From: Fistulifera solaris
Lineage: Eukaryota
Assembly: GCA_030295235.1 (NCBI GenBank)
Contig: AP026125.1
Span: 1,798,001 to 1,862,000 of the forward strand
Direction of reading: 5' to 3'
DNA: 64,000 nt
The notes under the pieces: model-generated
Databases searched by the model: none
What the model was told of the DNA's origin: nothing
The model's input: the letters and a program-made list of their open reading frames with translations, nothing else
Made by a program: the position numbers and the translations under genes
Shown: positions 37,337 through 49,520 of the stretch, one piece after another
How positions within the stretch are numbered: the stretch's first letter is position 1
Layout: the number at the start of each line of letters is the position of its first letter

Positions 37337-38724
37337 TTACTCGTCAGGAAATTCCCCGATGCGATGGATATGAATGTCCATCACTTTCCACTCGAATCGT
37401 GTCTCGTTCGGACTTTGATCATCTCTCGTTTCCACCAAGCCCAAATGAACTAAACTGAATTCACCGCGTTCACGCAAAGACCCCGGGAGCAGAACGTTCG
37501 TTTTCCAGTCGGGTTTGTCTTTGGGTGACTGTATCCACTGCGCTGGATGGTAGCGGGAAGAGCCACTGGCGATTTCTAAACACAGGAGTTCACGGTTCGT
37601 GTCGTAAAAGTCTTGGCGATCGCTGCCGGCCGGCCATGGCATCCTGGGATTTGAGGGAGACGAATCATCGCACCGGGTGATCGCGGGACTGTCCACATAA
37701 TGTGTTACCAGTATGGATTGTGGTTGCGGGGCTTTCCACGGGATTTCCGTGGACGGTGCTGCTGTCTTGGAAGCGTTGTGAGTTGGGAGATGCAAGAGAC
37801 GCGACAATGTGGAGTAGTACGTATCGCCCGTTTGACCCAGCTTGGCCACTTGTTCGGGAAATGTCTCAGCGGTCCGCAAGGACGTTAGCTCGTCCGTAAT
37901 TTCACTCAAGTCATCATCATCGCCGTATCCGTAATGGTTATTGGAACTGAAGACTTTTCGATCCGAGGGAAATGAGGTATTCGCACGCGATAGAAGATAG
38001 TGAATTGAATCCAAGTAGAACAATCCACCGCAACCTAAACCAGGTGCTAATGGGTACCATAAATGATTCATGTTTCGGGAATTCGGAGTCAAGCAATCAT
38101 ACTGTTGCCGATTGAGCTTGAGTAAAGACTGGTTGGTGGCCCATGGTGAAAAGGTCGTCAACGGGTCCGTGGAACCGGGACAAAAAAGAAGACGACAGAC
38201 AATGCTTTCTAATTGTGACAAGGTCGCCGTCATGTTTCCCTCCAATGCAGCGTTCTCTTCATCGGATCGGAAAAATGGTGTCTGAGACCAGTCATACGGA
38301 AGATGCTGTGCCTTTTCCGCATCGGTGGTTGCATGTTTTAAATCCTGCTTCATTTGCTGAGCAGGAGCTCTTCGCCGTGTTGTGGATTTCGAAGTAGACT
38401 TATGGAAACTTCCCTTTCGATAGATATCTAAATCGTCATCGCGACAGAACGGACCGCAAGCTATACAGAGGTCAATCATAGACGCATCAAATACATTGTA
38501 TCGCTTCTGTTGCAAAGCGTATTCAGCCAGTGCCGAAGCGGAGGCAGATCGAGATCCGCTACCACCAAAATACAAATGGTTGGTATCGGCTGTGCGCATT
38601 GTTTACTTTCTGCAGAGTGAACCGTGTCTTTTACATTTTCTGGCAGGGGCATGTGCGGTAACTGCAACGACGACAATGGCGAACGCATGTCGTCATAGTT
38701 GTCCCCTTTAGATGGCTGTTCCAT
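37337..38724 (-). CDS. Hypothetical protein
   Basis: 420-aa ORF plus an upstream 5' segment from ATG 38724 in another frame; DLCIACGPF and FCPGSTDP are faintly metallophosphoesterase-like. Confidence 0.6.
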
Positions 38725-39121
38725 GATTGAAAAATGTCCGTGTTGAGGTTTGTGAGAGGATCAAAAAGTGAGTTGTTGTGTTTGTTGTGCTTTTAATAAT
38801 AGCTTGCTGTTTGTTTGCAATCCCCAACGCGCAAACAAGAAATGCAATGCGCATCTTGCCCAGAGGTCATTTTTTCCGCCGTTATTTTCCGTGAAACTCA
38901 TGACCGAATCTCCGGGTTGTCCCTGCATCGATAAATTTCCTACGAGGCCAACGTGACTTACGCGTAGATTTTCGAATCCCCTCAGTTCCTTGAATTGACA
39001 TTCAAACAAAGTCACTAATTGTAAATGGCGTTCAAGTACCATGTTAGAAGGTAAAAATTGACATGCGAGTGGAAACAACCCAAAACTTGTGACACAAACT
39101 TTTTCCATAAAAGCAAACATC

Positions 39122-39662
39122 GATTCCAGAATTTCTGGAACTAAACCATACTGTACCAAAAACCCCGGATCCAGAATTTCTGGACCAACCACAGAATTTC
39201 TGTATGACGAATTGCAATGATATTTCGAATTACTGGAACGGCCAAACACCTGGTCCAGAATTTCTAGACCGACTACAGATTTTCTGGATTGATAAATAAC
39301 TACAACGACATTCCAGATTTTCTGGAACGACCAAACACCTGGTCCAGAATTTCTGGACCAATCACAGATTTTCTGTATGATGAATTACAACCAATTCTAG
39401 GATTTCTGGAAAGCCAACCACCTGGTCTAGAATTTCAGGAACGACCAAACACCTGGTCCAGAATTTCTGGACCGACCACAGATTTTCTGTATGATAAATT
39501 ACAACGATATTCCAGAATTTCTGGAACGACCAAACACCTGGTCCAGAATTTCTGGACCAATACCAGAGTTTCTGTATGATGAATTACAACGACATTCCAG
39601 AATTTCTGGAACGGCCAAACACCTTGGTCCATAATTTCTGGACATGCCACAGTATTTCTGTA
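39122..39662. repeat. Complex tandem array built from the palindrome tccagaa-t-ttctgga, higher-order unit ~75 bp
   Basis: Recurrent aacacctggtccagaatttctggacc..cagattttctgtatga..aattacaacga..ttccagaatttctggaacg. Confidence 0.9.
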
Positions 39663-39808
39663 AATTGAAATAGACTATGGTTTACCTTTTACGCGGGCAC
39701 GCAGATGACGACGCACCCCGCAGTTTTTCCGTCGATCGATCGGCCGACCATGACTTTTTCAGTCTTTCAAATAAATGACTTTTTTATTCTTTTTACAGCC
39801 ATCGATCA

Positions 39809-40854
39809 ATGACGTCAATACAAACGAGAGAAATGGTGTTTGAGCTGGACTTTAACCCATATTGTCAAGAAGTGTCCACAGGATACCGATCCACAAGATT
39901 AACGATCGAAGAACCGGTGGCAACAACGCCACGGCATCCTCCTCCAGAAAAAAAGACGACACCGAAACGACACCGCAACTTTCCCGGTCTCTATTTTCGT
40001 TCCATATTACCGATTGATCGACAACAAATACAAAGACTGCACGAAGAATGGTTTCCTGTCGAGTACCAAGAAAAGTTTTACGATACGTTGGTGCACGGTA
40101 AACTGGTGACGCCTCGTCATGATCGTCGACCGAAAGACGAGAATGATGTTATATGTGATGAAGATGGCGCATTAACGAGACCACTCTTTACTTATTTGGC
40201 TTGTGTGGATGATTGTGCTACTTGGAACGACGACTCAAATGTTAACAACGACAATGAAGAGTACGGCAGTGGAGGAAATGAAGGGGTGGATGTTGCGGTA
40301 GCACAACCGGATAGCACGTTCACGGACGACGATATTGACGAGGAAAAGTTTGATTGTACAAAGAACACCGGATTGCGGCCTGCATTGTTGGAGCCAAGGT
40401 AGAGCTGGGTGTCTTACCACCCAATCTACGGCAACTGCTGGTGCCACAACCTCACATTCATTCGAAACTGTTCTACATTATGACATTGGGAACTGCCGAT
40501 GATTATCGAGGTATGGGATTAGCGTCCTATTTGGTACTGCAATGTATTCAACAGGAAATAGAGAACGACCAGTCGTGTGGGACATTGTATCTGCACGTTT
40601 TGGATACGAATTACGCGGCCATTCAGTTTTACGAAAAATTGGGATTCTACTGCGTGCGACTGATTCCCAACTATTACACCATCGATGGGAAATTGAGGCA
40701 TTGCTATCTTTATGCCAAATACTTTCATGGCAATACGGGGCATCTCACCTTGTTGGATATGGTAAAAGAGGAATTCATTCGCTTTGGAGAACTCTTGTGC
40801 GGACCCCATCGGATCATTGGGACCGGTTCCAATCGCCCACGATATCCTAGCTAG
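39809..40854 (+). CDS. NAA60: N-alpha-acetyltransferase 60-like GNAT
   Basis: LHEEWFPVEY, FYIMTLG..YRGMGLAS, LYLHV..NYAAIQFYEKLGF..NYYTIDG; frameshift near 40360. Confidence 0.8.
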
Positions 40855-40958
40855 CATATTGCCATCAATATCGACACAAAAAGGCCTCGAACACGAATTA
40901 GATTAGCTATAAAATTTATAGAATGCTTTGTCAAAGGACAATCATTAACAAATGTCTT

Positions 40959-41876
40959 TTAAAGTGCGTAGTCATACACCTTGTTTTCGGCGAGGAACTC
41001 CTTGTATGCTTCTTCCGGTGATCGTACTTTCGCAGCTCCTCCTTCTCCAACAGTTTGTGTGATGCAATCGAGTGCAATTTTCTTTCCTTCACCTTCCACC
41101 AGTGCTGCCACACACAAATTTGCGACATCCGACCGACTGATGGATCGCTTCTTCCGTTCGAGAAGAATGTCATTGACATCCAACACAAAGTCTTCAACAC
41201 CAGCGGGGCCATCGGTCAATCCTCCCGGATGAATGATGCAGTAGTCCAATCCAGACTCTACCAAATAACGCTCGGCTTTTCGTTTCCATAACAAAATATC
41301 CCCATTGCCGTTACCATCTTTATCTTTGCCCACCGAATTCAGAAAGTTAGACGGATCGGTTCCCCCCATACTTCCCACGAGCACAATCTGCTTGGCACCC
41401 ATTTTCTTGGCCCACTCAATTTGATTAATGACCCCTTGGTAATCCACCAGTTCAGGATACTGTCCGCCTTGCCACTTGAATCGGAACGAACGGAAATCAA
41501 TCGGTTTCTTTCCCCGAATTAAATTGAAGGGAGCTTTCAAGAAAGCGAGTGCCAAACTGCGCTTCGAAATCACCGGCACGGCCGATGTGCAAATTACAAT
41601 TTGGGGTGTATTGCCTTGCCAATTGATGTCGGCCTGCGTAATATCGCACACGACAATTTGATCAAGTTTTATTTGTGGGACCGCCTTGCGTAGCTTTTGT
41701 GCCGATCGTTCCGATCGTACCAACGCTTTGGGATCGAAGCGAGGATCTTTCACGAGTTGTTCAAACACCAATCGTCCCGTTCGTCCCGAAGCGCCCGTGA
41801 CGAGAACTGGTTTTAACGACGAGCCGATGTTGCAGAGGAATGTGGCGATGACAAAAAGTGTTATTCGATGAAGCAT
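40959..41876 (-). CDS. NAD(P)-binding atypical SDR (NmrA/Tic62-like) with N-terminal signal peptide
   Basis: VLVTGASGRTG, VGSMGG, ILLWKRKAERYL, IIHPGGL, ISRSDVA. Confidence 0.88.
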   Translation of the reverse strand: MLHRITLFVIATFLCNIGSSLKPVLVTGASGRTGRLVFEQLVKDPRFDPKALVRSERSAQKLRKAVPQIKLDQIVVCDITQADINWQGNTPQIVICTSAVPVISKRSLALAFLKAPFNLIRGKKPIDFRSFRFKWQGGQYPELVDYQGVINQIEWAKKMGAKQIVLVGSMGGTDPSNFLNSVGKDKDGNGNGDILLWKRKAERYLVESGLDYCIIHPGGLTDGPAGVEDFVLDVNDILLERKKRSISRSDVANLCVAALVEGEGKKIALDCITQTVGEGGAAKVRSPEEAYKEFLAENKVYDYAL

Positions 41877-42658
41877 GTTGGTGCTAGATGAGCTATGCAG
41901 TAGAATTAAACGGAAGTCTGCGAAGAGATGGTAGCAATAATAAGTCGTCGCAAAAGTCGCAACCGCCGATCGCCAATTTTTGCTTTCTCTCATTTTTTCT
42001 GACGTTGCTCATTCATGACTGAAAGGCAGTCGTGGCGAAATACGGACAACGGACAACACTCTATTGGGCATACAGTAAATACGCAAGACAACGCTTCACA
42101 AGTTTCATCGACGTTACTCGTCGACACATGTATTAAATTTTGGTCAAAGCGGTTGCACTTTAACAGCGACAAACAAAGCACAGCAAATAATGGCAAAACA
42201 AGCGAAGGTTAGGTTGTTGTCAAGCTCATGAGAATATTGATTCATGACTGAAATGCAGTCTTGATAAAGTTAGCATACACTTCAAGCTATAGTGATCCTT
42301 CTTTTTCATTACTTCTAACCTTACTGGAAAACTTTACGTATACCCGATACATAGTAAAAACTCTTATTGTTGTCTTGTTGTTCGAGGACGAATAATAAGC
42401 GAATGATTGAATGCGATCATTATTTTTCGTTATTATCCGTTTTGCGTCGTTTCTATTGCTTACTCCGTATTGAGTAGTCATTAGTCTACTTTGTGACAAG
42501 AAACGAACATTGTAGTGTACTTTATTATTTGTCGAAGGTCACCGCGAAACGGCACGTCTCTCCTCTTTCACTTTTTGCATCGACCAAGCCCCTGCTCGGC
42601 CGCCAAAAACGTTACTCCTCGAATAACAAACCTTCTTCTTTACTATCAAACAATCAAT

Positions 42659-43456
42659 ATGCCTTGTTTGATGCGCCTGCTCGTCTGCTCCCTTCTTTCT
42701 GTCGTCGGTGTGCAAGGGTTTTATTTGTATCCAACAATTCACGCAGGCAAAAGTGCCTTGAAAACGTCCTCTTCCGACTATTCTGTATCCGACCAACAAC
42801 GACGAGACCTGTTGGTCGCTTCTACTGCAACCACTTTTGCTGCAATGCTATTTTTGGGTCATACCCAAGCACAATCGGCTTCCAAGCTGGAGACGACGTC
42901 AACAAAGACGCTCTCATTGCTTGAAAACGTTGATCAAGCTCTCGAATACATCGATGCTGAATGTGATCGCCGCTTTTTACATGCCGTTGTGGCGAGTGAC
43001 TACCAACTGCTTTACAAAGGACTGTCTTCAGCGCAAAATCAAATCGCTCTCAGCAGTGCACCGGACAATCTGTTGCAGAGTAGCAGTGACGATGCTCCTT
43101 TGTTTCGGACTTTGGAAGAAGCCATGCAACCACAGCCCCTTCAGCCCAGCACGAGTCGAATCGCGGTCGCCAATGCCGTGGCGGCGCAGCGTATGGGAGC
43201 TACGGTATGTTCGATCTGGCCTTTGGGCCCCAATGTTCACTTTGCGTGGTTGGAACATGGAACTTCGTTCCGTGGGACCTGGGATACGGAAATGATAGTA
43301 GATGGCGTCGATTGTGGTCGTATGTCTCTCGAAGATGCCTTAGAAAGCAATAAGGAGATACTATTTCGTTCCGAGCGATATTTGGCGGTCCCCTTGTCGA
43401 TGGAACAGGAATTGGTGCAAAAGCTCAAAAACTCGTTCATCATTTGGAAACAATAA
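42659..43456 (+). CDS. Hypothetical protein, probably plastid/thylakoid-lumen targeted
   Basis: Signal peptide ending VQG-F, then RRDLL, a hydrophobic stretch and AQSA (Tat-like). Confidence 0.6.
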   Translation: MPCLMRLLVCSLLSVVGVQGFYLYPTIHAGKSALKTSSSDYSVSDQQRRDLLVASTATTFAAMLFLGHTQAQSASKLETTSTKTLSLLENVDQALEYIDAECDRRFLHAVVASDYQLLYKGLSSAQNQIALSSAPDNLLQSSSDDAPLFRTLEEAMQPQPLQPSTSRIAVANAVAAQRMGATVCSIWPLGPNVHFAWLEHGTSFRGTWDTEMIVDGVDCGRMSLEDALESNKEILFRSERYLAVPLSMEQELVQKLKNSFIIWKQ

Positions 43457-43606
43457 CAAGACATCAATGGAGTCACGAAAGCATGACTTTATCTTTTAGT
43501 AGTTTATCATATTACTAATTTACAATTTTCATGTCTTGTTGCATCCTGTACAGTTGCTAGCTAAAAGTAACAGAGTCTTCGCACCGCTTCTGACCTACAA
43601 ATTTCG

Positions 43607-44548
43607 TTACATCAGATCGAATATCGCCAAGGGACGCCAGAATTCGACTCCTTCTACCGTCGAAGGATCTGTTTTCCATAGACCCACTCGAGTCGCTACA
43701 AAGTTCTCCACCTTTTTAACTTCGTCGATTGCCGGAATATTCTCGGTTCCATAATACAGCGACATGTGGGGTACCCCAGCGGGTTGCGGAAACTCCCAAA
43801 ACCGTCATCCAATCCTAAAATCTCTCTGCAATATTGACATAGTTCCAAAAACTCTTTTGACGCATTCACTGGAAGATACAGTGCTTGGCTCCACAGGTTC
43901 TTCGACTGAGCTTCCGCGAGACGGATGGGGATGCCACCCACACCAGAGAGACCCAGCTCGAGTGCTTTAATCACTTGCTGCACTTGTTCGGAGCTCTCGC
44001 ACGTAATTCCACCTACGAGCGTGACATGCGGTACAAAAGATGCACTCGCACCGGGTCGGTGGGTAAAGGCGTCAATCTGCGTCTGTATGTTCGAAGAAAC
44101 GTCCTCGGATGGTAGCAACCACAACGACAGCTTGACTTCTCTTTGTTCTCTCAGCCGTGGGTGTTCGGTGAGTATCATAGTTGTCGAATCGAAAGAAACG
44201 TCGGGCGCCAAGATAAAGAGAGCGAACGCGATAACAGGGAGAATGTATTTGATAAAATACGTTCTTCGACAGAAGCCTCTCCTTCGAACAAACGACGGAA
44301 TGCAGCTCGAAAATTGAATATCTTCTTCGTGTAAGGAATTAGACAGCGATCCGTATTCTGTAAAACGCATGAAACGCATTCATAGTCGTCACCGCCAATG
44401 GGGTCATGTCAACGATGTCCGCAATTTTCCTTTTCTTTCTCGCTCGCATCAGCCGAAGGCGAAAAAAGTGCTGTGCATTTTCCAACGAAGGCGTTCGCGC
44501 CAAAAAAGCTCCGGCAACGACTGGTGGACGGCACTCCGACTCCGACAC
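43607..44548 (-). CDS. 2H-family cyclic phosphodiesterase with N-terminal TM segment
   Basis: SLWLLP, PHVTL, and PHMSL after a frameshift at ~43800; start uncertain (44548 or 44379). Confidence 0.8.
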
Positions 44549-45076
44549 GACTCAAGTACACTCACTAACAGTGTACCAGTCCCGAAAGCGTGTCGCGCGT
44601 CTGTCGTGCATCTGCTCCATGGACAGTTCGCTTTTTTTTGGTTCGTGTCCGTTTCTGTTCTTTTCCTTTCGTTCCGTCAGGATGAACAACACACAAGCCA
44701 TTGTGAGAGCAACGGGAACTACCATTGAACAGCTGCCTCTTGTTGCAGTACAGCGATCAAAAGACACAGAGTGAGTGAAGAACAATTCGTCTTGGCGGCA
44801 AATATTTCACATAACAAATGATACCGTGCTTGCAATAAAGCCAGAAAGTATCTCACACGGCGGAGAGGATCTGCATACTGGAACAATACAACGTATTAGC
44901 ATTTAAGAGGTCGGACCTCTTGAAAGACTATCATTCGGCGCAAGCTGGCAAACGACGGAGCATTCATTCATTCGTCTCATTCGTCGCGGATACAATCATT
45001 GGTGGCGTACCGGATCTCTGCAATCAATTCCTTTGCTTTGACGCTCGATCCTATCCTTTAGTAGTTGTTGTCGAGA

Positions 45077-45658
45077 ATGATTTGCAGCGTGTTCAAGAAA
45101 GCGGTCGCTACCCGTCCCGTCCGGGCTTTGACGTTGCGGTCCTTGTCTTCCGTGGTTGTTCCCGACATTAATGACATGGAGCAGGAACAGATCAAGCAAG
45201 CCAACGAAGCATATGATGGTATTGTCGAGATTGCGGTTTCGGGAGATCGTGGATGGGGCGTCTTTGCTTCGCGTGATCTGGTCGAAGGAGAACGACTCAT
45301 CAAGATTACCCCGTTTAGCTTCACCGACACGCCGAATCAGCATTCGATCCAGATTGACTGGAAGAAGCACATGAACGTGGATATTCCCGCTCGATTTGTC
45401 AATCACTGCTGCAACGAAGCCAACGTCGGGATCAAGATCCGTGACGAAGCTGCCGACTTTTATGCACTCCGTGATATTGATGCGGGCGACGAATTGTTGT
45501 GGGATTACGAAACGACCGAATATTGTGTTTCGGAGAACTTTCCGTGCAACTGCGGTTCTTCGCGTTGCCGTGGAACGATTCGTGGCTACTACGCCCACGG
45601 CAATCAAGTCATGGAGGCCTATGGTCCGGACTTTATTGCTCCTTATTTGTTGAAGTAG
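45077..45658 (+). CDS. Small SET-domain protein with post-SET cysteines
   Basis: RGWGVFA, RFVNHCC, ALRDIDAGDELLWDY, CNCGSSRCRG. Confidence 0.9.
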   Translation: MICSVFKKAVATRPVRALTLRSLSSVVVPDINDMEQEQIKQANEAYDGIVEIAVSGDRGWGVFASRDLVEGERLIKITPFSFTDTPNQHSIQIDWKKHMNVDIPARFVNHCCNEANVGIKIRDEAADFYALRDIDAGDELLWDYETTEYCVSENFPCNCGSSRCRGTIRGYYAHGNQVMEAYGPDFIAPYLLK

Positions 45659-46160
45659 ACACCTTCGAAGTAGACAGATGGAAGATGTATATGTGTCGGG
45701 TGCATTCTGCTGTCAGTAGCAAGGCAATCGTAAGGGCTAGTCGTAGGAAGCTTAGCTTATAATTTCCAACTAGAGTGTGTTGTTTATCATTATTGCTTGG
45801 TCTTGATCCATATTTCATTCCGTGATTCATTGTGTCGTGTGTCTCATGGCTCTCGGACCTCGGACCCGCGTGTCCGGATCTTGTGGATGGAATAGTACGC
45901 TATGTACCACAGTCGGAAAAGGGGGAGATTTGTGCTTAGCGCTTTAAAACCGCTATGATGAATACTACTAAGTAAAAATCTTGAATACAGTATTTGTGAT
46001 TATGCAATCCGTGCAAAGCATAAATAATGCTCGAACGTCGAACTTTTTGCGATGATGCTCGGCGTCAACACATAAAAACGCGCAACGCAGTCCTTCGAAT
46101 CAATACTTTTTAAAATTGACGGGTCGATCGATCTATCCTTCGTTGACACTTGGCAGAGCC

Positions 46161-48172
46161 ATGGAAGAATTCAATTATCAGCCTAATGATTTAGGTGCAG
46201 AAACGGGCAATGACCGTCAGCCCAATGTAGCAGCAGGTCTACCGCCAGCAGAAGTGGAAGCGCCGTCTCGGATGGAAGAGTTTGCTGCTTCGAATGCGTC
46301 GATCATTGCTTCCAATTATCAGGTTCGTTTGCGTCAACAAGCACACGAGCCTTTGCGGGCACGTGACCTTCTTCCTCCGGGGTCAGCTTTGATGCTCTGC
46401 GAGCACCTTCGATCGCTCCCCCTGGAACGAAATAATGTCCCAGCAGACCGTCGACTGGTGGTCCGCGTTCGTAACCGGCCTTTACGAGAAGCAAATCGAG
46501 AAACTTTCATTCCGGAACATTCTGTCGATGGAGATGTCGGTACAGTGTGTAGTGAAAGCAACGACGACGAAGTCTTTGGTCCATCGGGTTGGAGTCAAGT
46601 CGAGATGGCTCGCGAACCAGGAGGCGCACCATCGATAGCTCCTTCTCCGCGTTCTTTGCATGCTGGTGCAGTGTTGAATGGAGCAATGTATATCTTCGGC
46701 GGGTACGACGGCACGCAGCGTGTCAATACGTTCCACGCCTTTTCGTTTATCGAAAAGCGCTGGTCGCCCGTTCTTCCGTCTCCTCATTCGCCTCCGCCCC
46801 CGAGTCCTCGCGATCGCCATGTCGCTTTCGTGTTCGGTAACTCATTTTACGTGCACGGTGGTTTCAATGGTCACTCACGGGTCGCCGACATGTATGGGTT
46901 TGACTTTAGTACGATGACTTGGCGTGAAATCAACACGTCGGGTATGACGGGTCGTGTGCCCTCTCCGAGGCACTCGCACTCGGCCGTAGTCTATGGCCAT
47001 TCTTTATTCATTGCGTTTGGATATGACGGAAGCTATAAAAGTGATATTCATGAATACGACTTTGTGAATTCACGTTGGAGTGCGATTGCTGCTGGAGGTC
47101 GTCGGTAAGTATTTTGTCGTTCATCTCTTCTTGCATAGACAAGTGTTGTCAAAGGCTATTCATTTTCACTCCTACTCTTTTCAGACCCCGCCCTCGCTAT
47201 CGAGCCACGACGGTAGTTCACAAGAACTACATGCTGGTGTTTGGAGGACACGATGGAGTTCGTCACTTATCGGACATTAATGTATTTGATCTTGACACTA
47301 AAACTTGGTCAACGTTGATTACAGAAGGGCCGACGCCAATGCCTCGAGACTCGCACGTATCATGTATGCATGGTAACAGCATGTTTGTCTTTGCTGGGAG
47401 CACGGGTTCCGCAATGAATGACTTTTACGAGTTGCAGTTGCCAGCCGGTTCGTTGGATTCTTCAGCGACGGCGCGATGGCGTCCGATCAAGTCGTCGTCA
47501 CGTGACTTTGAACCTCGGCCTCGATTTTGTCACGTTGGCGCTGTACACGATGGAAGCTTGTACTGTTTTGGTGGCTATGATGGAAGAGATCGTCTCAATG
47601 ACTTTGTTCGCTTTGATTTTACGGTCTATGATTTGAGCTTTGAGCTGCCTCCTTCGACGCTCGTTTCGGACTTGCGATCGATGATCAACAACAGCACTCT
47701 ATCGGATGTAACGTTTCTTGTGGAAGGAAAACCTGTTTATGCGCATAAGTTGATGTTGATGCGCTGTCCTTACTTTGAAGCTCTTTTCTTAAGCAAAATG
47801 CGCGAATCTCGCATGACGGAGATACCCATTTCGCAAGTGAGCTATCCTGTCTTCATGTCGATTTTGGAATACTTGTACACAGATCAAGTCAAGATGACGA
47901 CAAGCAATGCCATGGATATATTTGTCGCTGCCGACCTGTTCTGTATTCCTCGATTGAAGACGATGTGCGAGAAGCAAATGCTGCAATCTATAACGGTTGA
48001 CAATGCGGCCTCCATCTTTCATGCTGCTGACATGCATAGCGCAGTCGCGCTGCGTCAAAAGGCTAAGAAGTACGTCGTATCACACTTTGAAGAGGTATCA
48101 AAGTCGAGCACCTTCGAAGAAATGGGACGGAACAACATTGAATTGGTCTTTGAATTGTTGCAAAGTCGGTAA
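46161..48172 (+). CDS. Kelch-repeat plus BTB/POZ protein (LZTR1-like)
   Basis: Six Kelch repeats (PR..H..YIFGGYDG) then SDVTFLVEG..AHK..FEALF..LEYLYTD; intron 47105-47184. Confidence 0.92.
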
Positions 48173-48792
48173 CTTAAGAGGCGTTCGTCCAGCCATATAC
48201 AGTTACGAGAACAATCTTGGTCTAAAAAGTCTCACGAGATGGGACGGGTCCCATTCAGTGGTGTTGATTGCTACTCCGAAAGACTATATATAGTCTTTAG
48301 GCTACTCCGTAGAGCTTTATTATTGAGATTGATAAAATATTTACCGCACTGTCGCTTTCTTTGTTTCGTCATTTCTTTTTTGCGACAAAGTAAATCAGGG
48401 TTGATAGTCTTGGTGGCTTTTCGGAGCGATGAAGTAATCGTAACCGGGGCCTTCATACCTAGATTGAGCCCGTAACCTTAGTCGACACCTACTACAACTC
48501 GAGAACGTCGACACTGCTGCATTATGTACCTCGATTTGAATTACTGTGGTGTACAATGTGCGGCCTGTCGTGTGCTCGGGACTGATTTCGCCTATACGTC
48601 GTCACATTCCGTTAGGTCGAACACGAACTCGTTTATCCAACCATGACGACGAAATAATACGAAATCCATCACAGCATTTCATTCATTCTTTCTCATTGAC
48701 TGAAAGCGCAACGTGCGTAGATACATTGTTTTGTAAGCTACCGTTTACAATACTCCTCGTGGCTGTGTATAGATTTCGAAAGTGTGAAACAG

Positions 48793-49408
48793 ATGGGCAA
48801 CGGAGATTTGGTAGATAGCAACATTGCATTCAGCCCTGGTGCCGGCATGGAGATCATTGCCGGGAGCCCGACAAAGCGTCGTGTTGTCAAAGCGGCAAAG
48901 CCATCTCCCTCAACGGAACGGGAGACTTCTGCTTTAAATCCTGATGCTGTAGACGACACCGCGAACCTCTCGCCCAACAAAAAACTCGTCGACAAATTAG
49001 ACAATCTCTCTGATGAAGATGACTATGATCATGTCGAGTCGTTGCAAACCCGAACTGAGTCAATGAAAGAGCGTCAACGTTTACGTCGCGAGCAGGCTCT
49101 TAAAGAGCGGCGCACTAATCCGAAACCAAAAACGCCCAAAGAATCTCCGCAACCGAATCCTTTTTCAAGATTCATGCGAGTCTTTTCGGTCGAACCGGCT
49201 CATCCGGAGCATAAACGATCGTATCAGGGGAGAAAACGTTGGCGAAGAGCCTGTGGTAAAGAAACCACGATCAATTGATGCCGAAAGTGATAGCGATGAT
49301 GATGATTCACCGTCGAGCTCCGCCTTCTCTCCACTGGCATTGGGTGCTGCTGCTGCTTTCATTGCAGTAGCTGTCATGGCCTTCATGCGATTCAAACCGA
49401 AGAAGTAA
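48793..49408 (+). CDS. Hypothetical protein with C-terminal TM helix (tail-anchored-like)
   Basis: Low-complexity ORF; after a frameshift at ~49230 it ends PLALGAAAAFIAVAVMAFMRFKPKK*. Confidence 0.55.
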
Positions 49409-49520
49409 AAGGACTCTCTCCGGTACAGTAAATTTGCCTTATCAAATCGCTTTAGTAGCTTATGAAACTATAACATTAGAAATTACTAGAACTTCTCGGT
49501 CCTTTACGCTCACGGTGCTT

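Noticed and set aside
39122..39662. CRISPR-like array
   Set aside because: Sequences between the palindromes are themselves repeated rather than unique spacers; no cas genes; eukaryotic context
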